A stretch of DNA of 64,000 nt from Candidatus Angelobacter sp. (GTDB lineage: Bacteria > Acidobacteriota > Terriglobia > Terriglobales > Acidobacteriaceae): the NCBI GenBank assembly GCA_035995565.1, contig DASYKK010000017.1, positions 2,286-66,285 of the forward strand, written 5' to 3'. Within the stretch, counting starts at the first letter, position 1. Every line of letters begins with the position of its first letter. Under the pieces are notes generated by a model. It saw nothing but the letters and a program-made list of their open reading frames with translations, searched no databases and was not told the origin of the DNA. A program made the position numbers and the translations under genes. Shown one piece after another: positions 52,365-61,193 of the stretch.

Positions 52365-55300
52365 TGCACGAGCTACTTAGTAGGTTATCTGACCTTAACG
52401 TAAGACTTGAAGTCAGAGCGGGCAAGCTCCATGTGACTGCGGCGCCCGGCGTTGTGACACCTGAGTTGCAGCAGACGATCAGCCTGCAAAAAAAAGCCTT
52501 GATTGAGATGCTTGAGTCGGTTGACGCTCTACCATTACAAAACGAACTACAGCAAATCGTCCCTGACCCGGCGAAGCGCTACGAGGCGTTCCCGCTGAAC
52601 GACGTCCAACATGCCTACTGGATTGGTCGTAGCGCTCATATTGAACTGGGCGCGGTATCCACTCATTTTTACTTCGAGATCCAATGCGGAGCGCTCGATC
52701 TGGGCAGGCTGACGTCATCGTTCCAAAAGGTTTTGAGGATTCATGACATGTTGCGCGCCGTTGTCGACGTGAATGGGCAACAACGCGTCCTTGAAAAGAT
52801 TCCACCTTACGCTATCGCTGTGTCTAATCAGCGGGGTGCCGATCAGCAGCAACGCGAGACTGAGCTTCTCCGGATTCGGTCCGAGATGTCACATCAGGTC
52901 TTCCCTTGCGATCAGTGGCCCATGTTTGACATTCGGCTGGCCCAGATTTCCGATGAACATTCACTTCTATGCGTGAGCTGGGACTTTTTGATGGTCGACG
53001 CATGGAGCATGATGCTTGTGTTTAAGCAATGGTTTGGTTATTACCAGGATCCAGACTACCAGGTGAGTACCCCCAGCATCTCGTTTCGCGATTACGTACT
53101 CGCCGAGGCGAAGTTGAAAGAGCAGCCAGACTATCAAAGATCGAGAGACTACTGGTGGAGCCGGCTCGACCAACTTCCGCCTGCGCCGCAGTTGCCAATG
53201 GTAAGCAACATCGATTTAGGTCGTAAGCACGCGTTCAGACGCCGGAGACTTCAGCTTCCTGCGGATCAATGGGACCTCATCAAGACCCGCGGGCGCCAGT
53301 CTGGAATCACGCCCTCTAGCGTTTTGCTCGCGGCCTTTTCCACGGTTCTCAACCTGTGGTGCAAGGCTCCACACTATTGTTTGAACCTAACCCTATTCAA
53401 CCGGCTTCCTCTTCACCACGAGGTCATGACCCTCGTGGGCGATTTTACGAATTTGATGGCCCTGGAAATTGATGCCAAGGAGCGCTGTAGTTTTGTGGAG
53501 CTGGCCGCCCGAATCCAGGCCCAGTTTCTTCGGGACTATGATCACCGCCAAGTCAATGTCGTGGAGGTATTGCGCGAGCTGGTCAAGCGTCGGGGCTGGC
53601 AGCAGCAGGCAATGCTCCCGGTCGTGTTCAGCAGCACGTTGATGCTGGATGGCAAGAGGAGCGATGACGGCGGGGTGCTGGAAAGATTTGGCCCCATGGT
53701 TTATGGCATCACCCAGACTCCCCAGGTGTGGCTCGATTATCAGATCTTTGAAGTCAACGGCGATCTGGTTATCAATTGGGATGCCGTCGAAGAGGTTTTT
53801 CCACCAGGCGTGCTCGATGACATGTTCGAATCCCATCAGGAACTTCTGCACCTGCTTGTCAGGGACCTCGGCGCTTGGGGGCGGCAAGATCCTGCCGTGC
53901 TGCCCAAAGCTCAGCAGCAAATCCGGGAACGTGTGAACCACACTGCGGCTGAAGTTGTTGACCGGTGCCTCCACGATTTGTTCATCGCAACCGCAATGAA
54001 ATATCCAGACAGGATCGCACTGGCCTGCGACGCTCGCGAGATGCGTTACGGAGAGTTGCTCGCGCACAGCAATCTAGTTGCGGCGCAGCTCATCCAGTGC
54101 GGGGTACGGCCACAGGAACTTGTGGCGGTCGTTATGGGAAAAGGTTGGGAGCAGGTTGTTGCTGCAATGGGAGTGCTGATCGCTGGTGCTGCGTATCTCC
54201 CGATCGAGCCTCACTGGCCCACGCTGCGTCGCAACCATATTCTCGAGCAGGGTGAGGTTCACATCGTTCTAACGCAACCGCCCTTGAACCGGGCATTGGA
54301 GTGGCCATCGAATGTTCATCGGATTGAGGTAGCAACGCAGCAGGGACTGGATCTGCTTACAACTGCTCCGCCCATCCGGCAATCCCCGGAAGATCTGGCT
54401 TACGTCATCTTCACGTCGGGGTCCACGGGCACGCCCAAGGGGGTGATGATCTCGCATCGTAGCGCCGTCAACACGGTGGTTCATGTGAACCGTATGTTTA
54501 ATGTCGGGGCGGGCGACAGAGTTCTGGCGGTCTCGGATCTCACCTTCGATCTATCCGTCTACGACCTCTTCGGAATTCTTTCGGCGGGGGGGACGATCGT
54601 CGTTCCCGATGCCGCGCTTTCCCGAGATCCAAGCCATTGGGAAGACCTGATTCGGCGTCATGAGGTAACGATCTGGAACTCTGCACCGCCCCTTATGGGA
54701 ATGCTCGTCGATGGCTGGGGATCTGACAGTGGCCGCCATCTTTCATCTTTGAGGCTGGTTCTTTTGAGTGGCGACTGGATCCCGGTGCCGCTGCCCGACC
54801 GCATCAGAGGCCTGTCCCTAGGCGCACAGGTTATCAGCCTTGGAGGCGCCACCGAAGGCTCTATCTGGTCGATCTTTTATTCGGTCGAAGAGGTTTCCTC
54901 CGATTGGGAAAGCATCCCCTATGGGAACGCACTACCCAATCAGCATATGTACGTGCTGAACCAGGGGCTCCTGCCCTGCCCGGACCTGGTTACAGGTGAC
55001 ATTTACATCGGCGGCCTCGGGGTAGCGTTGGGGTACTGGAAGGACCCAGAAAAGACAGCCAGGCAGTTCGTCATTCATCCAGAGACCGGCGAAAGGCTGT
55101 ATTACACGGGCGATCTGGGGTCCATGTGCAGGGACGGCAACATCAAATTTCTCGGGCGCGCTGACTCCCAGGTTAAGCTGCGCGGCCATCGCGTGGAACT
55201 CGGCGAGATAGCAACGTGTCTTCAATCGCATCCTGATATTCGTGACGCCGCGATCCGGCTACTGAAGCTAGACAACAGAACAGTTATGACGGCATATGCA

Positions 55301-58300
55301 GTTGTCGACAGAACCGGGCCCGGCCGTCTCTTTGAGCAAACCGAAGTATCCACCGAGGCGCTGCATAAGGCATCCAGCGGAATCGAGGCGGCGGCACGGG
55401 AATTTATCGACGATGCGGACCGGGAAGGACTCCAGAGGTTCTGGTGTTTTTGGCAAGATGTGGAACGTGTGAGCCTTCGCGCCATGCTCGAAACGCTGCA
55501 AACGCTGGAGCTCGTCAACGGCTCAAATGCATTGAGCCGGCTGGACCTGTTGATCGGAAGCGGACGCGTCTTACCGCAATATCGACGTCTAATCCTGCGT
55601 TGGTTTACCGCACTCGTGGATGGGAGACATCTCATTGAACACGATGTGGCTTATACGGTGTCAGGCAGCGGTATTTCCACGGCGGAGAACGTTGAGCACC
55701 AACTCCTCGCGCTGGAGCGGTCGTTCGGCAGCGACGATCGCTTGAAGGGGTTTGTCGAACACGTCGCGAGTTGTCTCCGCAATCATCTTTCGCTACTCTG
55801 CGGCGAAATTAATCCGCTGGAATTGCTCTTCCCGGAAGGGTCTTGGCGCATCGCGGAGTCGCTGTACGAGAGGAATCCTGCTGTGCGGCACCATAACCGA
55901 CTGATAGCTTCGATGGTAAGCGCGTTTGTCGAAACCTTAGACTGCGACAGGAACCTGCGAGTTCTCGAAATCGGGGCCGGTACAGGAGGAACAGCGACTT
56001 CGGTTCTTCCCGTCTTGCCTCCTGCGCGAACGGAATACGTTTACACCGATGTGTCCCCCTATTTTTTTAGTACAGCAAAGGAGAAGTTCAAGTCCTATCC
56101 GTTCGTCCGATACGCGGTTCATGACCTGAACAGGGATCCCAGGGAGCAGGGGCATCAACCCCACAGCTATGACCTGATTATCGCGACTAATATCCTGCAC
56201 AATGGTCGCGACATCAGCGTTGTGCTGCGCGGTATTCATGACCTCCTGAGACCTGGCGGTTACTTGCTGGTGCTGGAAGGTACGCAAACGACACTCTGGA
56301 TGTGGGCTACGGTCGCTTTTCTGGAGGTGGTCCCTACATACACCGATAGTCGCGCCGAATCCGATCAGCCGGCTCTTGGCGTCAAGGAGTGGTTGTCGGC
56401 GCTGACCGGCGCCGGATTCGAAGGTCTGCAGTCCTTTCCGGCGCCCGGCGTCGATCCCTTGTCCGAGCTTTTGACCGCCATGCCGCAGCACGTGATCGCG
56501 GCGCAGGGGTCGGCTCATGCAACCAGGTTCCGACCGGAGGAACTTGCGACCTTTATGCGGGAGCGACTTCCTGACTATATGGTTCCGCAACGGTTCGTGC
56601 TGTTGGACAAACTTCCACTAACCAACAACGGCAAGGTCGATTTGGCTGCGCTGCCCACGGAGAGTGCACTGCCGGATGCAGAAGCGCAGCAGGTTGTTTT
56701 CCCCAGATCCGAAACCGAAGAGCTGATTCTGAACATATGGCGGGACGTGCTTGGTGTGGCACAACTCAGTGTGACCGCTAATTTCTTCGAGGTTGGCGGA
56801 GATTCGCTCCTCATCACTGAAGTCATGCGCAGGTTGAATCGTTCGCGGCGTTCCCCGCTTACGATTGCAGAGCTCTTCTCCTATCCGACAATCCGGAGTT
56901 TAGCGGATTTCTTAAGCGCTGTGCCGGATGCACGCGCGATTCAGCCCACCGCGATTTTGCAAGAGCTGCCGCAGCGAGCCCAGAGGGCATCCGATGCTAT
57001 TGCAGTCATTGGAATGTCTGGCAGATTTCCCGATGCAGAGAATGTTGAGCAGTTCTGGCATAACGTTGCTGCAGGCAAGTGTGCGGTCAGGCACTTCAGC
57101 GATGCGGACCTGTTGCACGCTGGCGTAACCTCAGAAGAGTTGGCCAACCCTAATTACGTGAAGGCAGGTCTTGTCCTCAGAGACATTGATCTATTTGATG
57201 CGGCGTTCTTCGGCTTTACGCCGCGAGAAGCAGAGATCATGGATCCGCAGCAGCGGTTTCTCATGGAGTGCGCGGTTGCAGCGCTTGACACCGCGGGATA
57301 CCCAAGCGAGAAATATGCAGGCAAAATTGGGGTGTTCGTCGGTAAAGGCACAAGCCTGTATCTCCTGCAAAACCTGCTGTCGCGCCCCGATATCATTCAG
57401 CAAGTGGGCTTGTTGCCGATTCTGAACGTCAATGAAAAGGATCACGCGGCGACGCTCATCTCTTACAAGCTCAATTTGACCGGGCCAAGCCTCAACGTGA
57501 ACACGACTTGTTCCACCTCGTTGGTGGCGGTCCACTTAGCGTGCGAGAGTCTGCTCAATCACGAATGTGAGATGGCGCTAGCCGGGGGCGTAAGCTTCGT
57601 TAACTTGCGAGAATCAGGATATTTGTACCAGGAAGGCCAGATCCTGTCGCCCGACGGTATTTGTCGCGCGTTTTCGGATGACGCCAATGGAGCCATGTTC
57701 GGCAGCGGAGTAGGTCTCGTTGTGCTTAAGCCACTTGCCGTCGCGTTGCGTGATGGGGATAGTATCCAGGCGGTGATCAAGGGAACAGCAATCAATAACG
57801 ACGGGGCACTAAAGATGAGTTATACGGCGCCAAGTCTGCACGGCCAGGCCGAGGTGATTGCCAAAGCGCAGGCTCGGGCGGGCATAAGCCCGGATATGAT
57901 TCAGATGATCGAGGCGCATGGTACGGGAACCAGACTGGGTGATCCTATCGAATTTGGAGCTCTGCGGCGCGTCTTCGGGGGACCAAGGCCCGATGGAACT
58001 CATTGTTCTCTGGGTTCCGTGAAAACCAATATCGGTCACCTGGATGCAGCGGCCGGTGTTGCAGGATTGATCAAAGTAGTGCAAGCGTTGAAGCACAAAC
58101 AGATTCCGCCGACTCTGCATGCACGTGTTGCCACCCGCAAAGTTGATTTTGCAGACAGTCCCTTCGAGTTGACGTCGAAGCTGAAGGACTGGCCGGCCGG
58201 CGCGGTTGCCCGTAGCGCGGGCGTAAGCTCCTTTGGCGTCGGCGGGACAAACGCGCACATCGTCGTGGAAGAGTCGCCGCGACCCGAAGAGCGATCCGCC

Positions 58301-60070
58301 GCCACCAGACTCCAACTCCTGCCGGTGTCAGCGAAGAACCCCAAATCCCTGAAAGGGATGCTGCTGGCGCTTGCTGATGAGTTTGGTAAGCGACCTGAGT
58401 CGTCGCTCGAAGATGTGGCATTCACCCTTCAGGTGGGGCGCAACGCCCATCCTTATCGTAGCTATATCGTGTGTAAGGAGTTGTCCGACGCGCAGGGGCA
58501 GTTCGCGAATCCGGAGCGCCTGGTAATCGAACGTCAAAACGAAGGGCTTACGCCCGCAGTTGTCCTTCTGTTTCCTGGACAAGGCTCACAGCAGAAGGAC
58601 GCGACTTACGAACTCTACAAGAATGAGCCAGGGTTCAGAGCCGCGCTTGACGAGTGCGCAGACATCGTGCAGCAGTACACCGGCGAAGACCTCCGCGACT
58701 GGTTGTATACGAAGCGTCCGGCTGCAGCGGTGCGCGGGCGAAACGTGCAACTTGAACAGACGGCTATTACACAGCCTCTGCTCTTTTCAATCGAATATGC
58801 TCTCGCGCGGTTCTGGGAGTCCCTCGGAGTCCGCCCTGTCGCAATGCTTGGTCACAGCATCGGTGAGTACGTTGCAGCCTGCATAGCAGGGGTGTTTTCG
58901 CTTCCTGAGGCGCTTGCGCTTATTGTGGCACGGGGCCGCCTTATCCAGAGTTTGCCGCCAGGTCACATGGTTGCAGTCAGTTGCGGGGAGGAGCAACTTC
59001 GTGGGATTCTCGATGGTTCCCCCTGCTGTCTGGCTGCCGTGAATGGCCCATCGCAATGTGTGGCATCGGGTCCTAGCGCTGATATCACCAAATTGCAAAC
59101 CTGCCTGCAGGCCGCAGGGGTATCAAGCAGCCTCCTGCGAACTTCTCACGCATTCCATTCTCAAATGGTCGCTCCGATTCTCCAGACATTTGAGAACTGT
59201 GTAGGTGAGGTTAAGAGGAGCCGCCCGATGGTACCGTTCATCTCCAATGTCAGCGGTACTTGGATAACTGATGCCGAAGCGATGAGTCCGGCGTATTGGG
59301 CCAGGCACCTGCGCCAAACTGTGCGCTTTGGGGATGGACTACAACAGGTTTTCGGCATAGGGAATCGTGTTTTGCTAGAAGTTGGACCTGGCCGTATCCT
59401 GACCACTTTGGTCAGGCAGACTGATCCCTCCGCGCGTGTCATTCGGTCCTTAAGTAGTGAACGCCCTTCGCAAGGTGAATGGTGGAGCTTCCTAGAGGCT
59501 GTTGGACAGCTATGGCAACACGGAGTAGAAATTGACTGGACTCGCCTTCACGAAGGACGGCAGCCACGACGCATGCCGTTGCCTTCCTATGTTTTCGACC
59601 GTAAGCGCTATTGGGTTGAGAGTCGCGCAAGCGTTGGCCCCGCCTCCGTCGGAGTCGAGGGAACAGCGGAGGCGGTGGCCCAACCTGCCGATGTGACCTT
59701 GTCTCTTGAGAGCCGCGACCGCCACGGTCTGGGGACAGAATTTGTGAGCCCGCGGGATGGAATTGAGGTCAGGCTGGTTGAGATCTGGAAGAGCTATCTT
59801 GGTATCCAGAACATTGGTGTTCGGGATAGCTTCTTCGAACTGGGTGGCGACTCACTTTTGGCTGCTCGAGTCCACTCGCAGATCCGAGAGCAGTTTGACG
59901 TTGAGCTTCCGCTGGCCCGGATGTTCGAATTAGCCACAATTCGACGTATTTCGCTGTACATATCGACCAGCCGTGATCCCGGGCTGATCGATACCCTCCC
60001 CGAACACGACCTGGACGACCTCCTCGCTGTGATGGAGTCGCGTCAGCCTGGAGACGTCCTGACATCTTAG
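52364..60070 (+). CDS. hybrid NRPS-PKS: TubC-type docking - Cy - A interrupted by MT - T - KS - AT - carrier
   Basis: Cy: FPLNDVQHAYWIGR (52589) and DFLMVD (52982-52999). A: FTSGSTGTPKGV (54410), FDLSVYDLFG, SLGGATEGSIWSI, A8 GRADSQVKLRGHRVELGEI (55154), then an inserted MT (VLEIGAGTGG, 55961), then LPDYMVP...LTNNGKVD (56566-56641). T GGDS (Ser 56804). KS NTTCSTS (Cys 57509). AT FPGQGSQ, GHSIGE (Ser 58856) and HAFH (59147). Last carrier GGDS (Ser 59852). GTG 52361 is also possible; GAGGAGGG RBS at 52352. Confidence 0.95.
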   Translation: MHELLSRLSDLNVRLEVRAGKLHVTAAPGVVTPELQQTISLQKKALIEMLESVDALPLQNELQQIVPDPAKRYEAFPLNDVQHAYWIGRSAHIELGAVSTHFYFEIQCGALDLGRLTSSFQKVLRIHDMLRAVVDVNGQQRVLEKIPPYAIAVSNQRGADQQQRETELLRIRSEMSHQVFPCDQWPMFDIRLAQISDEHSLLCVSWDFLMVDAWSMMLVFKQWFGYYQDPDYQVSTPSISFRDYVLAEAKLKEQPDYQRSRDYWWSRLDQLPPAPQLPMVSNIDLGRKHAFRRRRLQLPADQWDLIKTRGRQSGITPSSVLLAAFSTVLNLWCKAPHYCLNLTLFNRLPLHHEVMTLVGDFTNLMALEIDAKERCSFVELAARIQAQFLRDYDHRQVNVVEVLRELVKRRGWQQQAMLPVVFSSTLMLDGKRSDDGGVLERFGPMVYGITQTPQVWLDYQIFEVNGDLVINWDAVEEVFPPGVLDDMFESHQELLHLLVRDLGAWGRQDPAVLPKAQQQIRERVNHTAAEVVDRCLHDLFIATAMKYPDRIALACDAREMRYGELLAHSNLVAAQLIQCGVRPQELVAVVMGKGWEQVVAAMGVLIAGAAYLPIEPHWPTLRRNHILEQGEVHIVLTQPPLNRALEWPSNVHRIEVATQQGLDLLTTAPPIRQSPEDLAYVIFTSGSTGTPKGVMISHRSAVNTVVHVNRMFNVGAGDRVLAVSDLTFDLSVYDLFGILSAGGTIVVPDAALSRDPSHWEDLIRRHEVTIWNSAPPLMGMLVDGWGSDSGRHLSSLRLVLLSGDWIPVPLPDRIRGLSLGAQVISLGGATEGSIWSIFYSVEEVSSDWESIPYGNALPNQHMYVLNQGLLPCPDLVTGDIYIGGLGVALGYWKDPEKTARQFVIHPETGERLYYTGDLGSMCRDGNIKFLGRADSQVKLRGHRVELGEIATCLQSHPDIRDAAIRLLKLDNRTVMTAYAVVDRTGPGRLFEQTEVSTEALHKASSGIEAAAREFIDDADREGLQRFWCFWQDVERVSLRAMLETLQTLELVNGSNALSRLDLLIGSGRVLPQYRRLILRWFTALVDGRHLIEHDVAYTVSGSGISTAENVEHQLLALERSFGSDDRLKGFVEHVASCLRNHLSLLCGEINPLELLFPEGSWRIAESLYERNPAVRHHNRLIASMVSAFVETLDCDRNLRVLEIGAGTGGTATSVLPVLPPARTEYVYTDVSPYFFSTAKEKFKSYPFVRYAVHDLNRDPREQGHQPHSYDLIIATNILHNGRDISVVLRGIHDLLRPGGYLLVLEGTQTTLWMWATVAFLEVVPTYTDSRAESDQPALGVKEWLSALTGAGFEGLQSFPAPGVDPLSELLTAMPQHVIAAQGSAHATRFRPEELATFMRERLPDYMVPQRFVLLDKLPLTNNGKVDLAALPTESALPDAEAQQVVFPRSETEELILNIWRDVLGVAQLSVTANFFEVGGDSLLITEVMRRLNRSRRSPLTIAELFSYPTIRSLADFLSAVPDARAIQPTAILQELPQRAQRASDAIAVIGMSGRFPDAENVEQFWHNVAAGKCAVRHFSDADLLHAGVTSEELANPNYVKAGLVLRDIDLFDAAFFGFTPREAEIMDPQQRFLMECAVAALDTAGYPSEKYAGKIGVFVGKGTSLYLLQNLLSRPDIIQQVGLLPILNVNEKDHAATLISYKLNLTGPSLNVNTTCSTSLVAVHLACESLLNHECEMALAGGVSFVNLRESGYLYQEGQILSPDGICRAFSDDANGAMFGSGVGLVVLKPLAVALRDGDSIQAVIKGTAINNDGALKMSYTAPSLHGQAEVIAKAQARAGISPDMIQMIEAHGTGTRLGDPIEFGALRRVFGGPRPDGTHCSLGSVKTNIGHLDAAAGVAGLIKVVQALKHKQIPPTLHARVATRKVDFADSPFELTSKLKDWPAGAVARSAGVSSFGVGGTNAHIVVEESPRPEERSAATRLQLLPVSAKNPKSLKGMLLALADEFGKRPESSLEDVAFTLQVGRNAHPYRSYIVCKELSDAQGQFANPERLVIERQNEGLTPAVVLLFPGQGSQQKDATYELYKNEPGFRAALDECADIVQQYTGEDLRDWLYTKRPAAAVRGRNVQLEQTAITQPLLFSIEYALARFWESLGVRPVAMLGHSIGEYVAACIAGVFSLPEALALIVARGRLIQSLPPGHMVAVSCGEEQLRGILDGSPCCLAAVNGPSQCVASGPSADITKLQTCLQAAGVSSSLLRTSHAFHSQMVAPILQTFENCVGEVKRSRPMVPFISNVSGTWITDAEAMSPAYWARHLRQTVRFGDGLQQVFGIGNRVLLEVGPGRILTTLVRQTDPSARVIRSLSSERPSQGEWWSFLEAVGQLWQHGVEIDWTRLHEGRQPRRMPLPSYVFDRKRYWVESRASVGPASVGVEGTAEAVAQPADVTLSLESRDRHGLGTEFVSPRDGIEVRLVEIWKSYLGIQNIGVRDSFFELGGDSLLAARVHSQIREQFDVELPLARMFELATIRRISLYISTSRDPGLIDTLPEHDLDDLLAVMESRQPGDVLTS
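55260..56560 (+). other. methyltransferase domain inserted in the adenylation domain between motifs A8 and A9/A10
   Basis: A8 ends at ~55215 and A9/A10 resume at 56566. The ~430-aa insert contains the class-I SAM motif LRVLEIGAGTGGTA and IIATNILHNGRDISVVLRGIHDLLRPGGYLLVLE. Confidence 0.8.
58557..59430 (+). other. acyltransferase domain, malonyl-type motifs; the only AT seen in the window
   Basis: LLFPGQGSQ, MLGHSIGEYVAA and TSHAFHSQM (the HAFH motif is usually associated with malonyl-CoA). Confidence 0.8.
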
Positions 60071-60100
60071 AGCAACCACAAACGAAAGCGAGAATGACTT

Positions 60101-60574
60101 ATGAGAGACGAAAGCCTGCGTACACAAATTTCATTGGCATCGATTACGGTCCTGCTAATTGGTTGTCTGATGTTCGCGTTCATGATTATCGAGAGCGCGC
60201 TGGCAGACAATAACTTCCGGGCATTGCGGCGCGATCCCGGTCTTGGAGCACTGAGAGTTCTCGTATATTTTATCCCCTTCTATGCGTTCGTCCCTCTCTA
60301 TGTGTATTTGGTGGGTGATCTCCGATTACGAGTTTTGCGCTGGGTGGTAGTTGCAATCGCAGGTCTGGGGTTCGTTTTCTGGATACTGCATCACCTGTCC
60401 CACTGGTACTTCGGGGGGAGACCTACCTTTAGCTCGCATGTGATTGACCTGTGTCTCCATACGCTCGGGCTGTGGCTACTCATCAGCTCAATCAAATGGG
60501 CGAGGCTCCCGTTTGCCGCACGTGAAATCGATCGTGCCCCCATTGCTAGCAAGGTAGCTTTGGGGCGAGAGTAG
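60101..60574 (+). CDS. small integral membrane protein (about 4 TM), unknown function
   Basis: Hydrophobic segments ITVLLIGCLMFAFMII, VLVYFIPFYAFVPLYVYLV, VVVAIAGLGFVFWIL and LCLHTLGLWLLISSI. It also has a His cluster, ILHHLSHWY. There is no recognisable family motif. Confidence 0.55.
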   Translation: MRDESLRTQISLASITVLLIGCLMFAFMIIESALADNNFRALRRDPGLGALRVLVYFIPFYAFVPLYVYLVGDLRLRVLRWVVVAIAGLGFVFWILHHLSHWYFGGRPTFSSHVIDLCLHTLGLWLLISSIKWARLPFAAREIDRAPIASKVALGRE

Positions 60575-60580
60575 GGAGTT

Positions 60581-61192
60581 ATGTCTCATATTTCCAGGTG
60601 GCTTTTAATAGGTTTTGGCGTCGCGCTGCTGGCAGCAGCAACGCCCTCAATTGCTTACGCCCATCCAATGGGTCAGGCCGCGGACGGCTTCAAGAGTGGA
60701 CTCTTGCATCCGGTATTCGGTCTTGATCATTTTCTTGCCATGTTGAGTGTGGGAATCGTAAGCGCACAGCTCGGTCGAGAAAGGATATGGACAGTCCCCG
60801 GAATGTTCGTTCTAGCTATGATTGCCGGCGCAGTCCCCGGTATCAAAGGCGAAATATGGCGCTTCTCTGAAGCTGGGATCGCTAGCTCCATGATCGCGCT
60901 CGGTGCCGCAATAGCCACCGTGACAGAAAAAGTCAGAAGTTGGCCTGTACTGCTCATGGTGGCTGGGTTCGGAAGCCTGCATGGGCACGCGCATGGCATC
61001 GAGCTACCGAAAGCCGCCGATCCCATCTACTACGCGTTTGGTTTCCTAACCAGCACAGTCGTCATTCATTTACTAGGGGTGGCCATTGGCCACCTATTCA
61101 CCAACAGATGGCCACTCATCGTCCTGCTTCGCCACGTAGGATCGGGGATTGCGGGCATGGGTTTGATGTTCTTGAAGTTGGCGGCCAGCTAG
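60581..61192 (+). CDS. HupE/UreJ-family metal (Ni/Co-type) permease
   Basis: The signal peptide ends ...SIAYA, followed by HPMG. GLLHPVFGLDHFLAMLSVGIVSAQ is the HupE/UreJ signature, and GSLHGHAHG is a further His cluster. Confidence 0.85.
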   Translation: MSHISRWLLIGFGVALLAAATPSIAYAHPMGQAADGFKSGLLHPVFGLDHFLAMLSVGIVSAQLGRERIWTVPGMFVLAMIAGAVPGIKGEIWRFSEAGIASSMIALGAAIATVTEKVRSWPVLLMVAGFGSLHGHAHGIELPKAADPIYYAFGFLTSTVVIHLLGVAIGHLFTNRWPLIVLLRHVGSGIAGMGLMFLKLAAS

Positions 61193-61193
61193 A

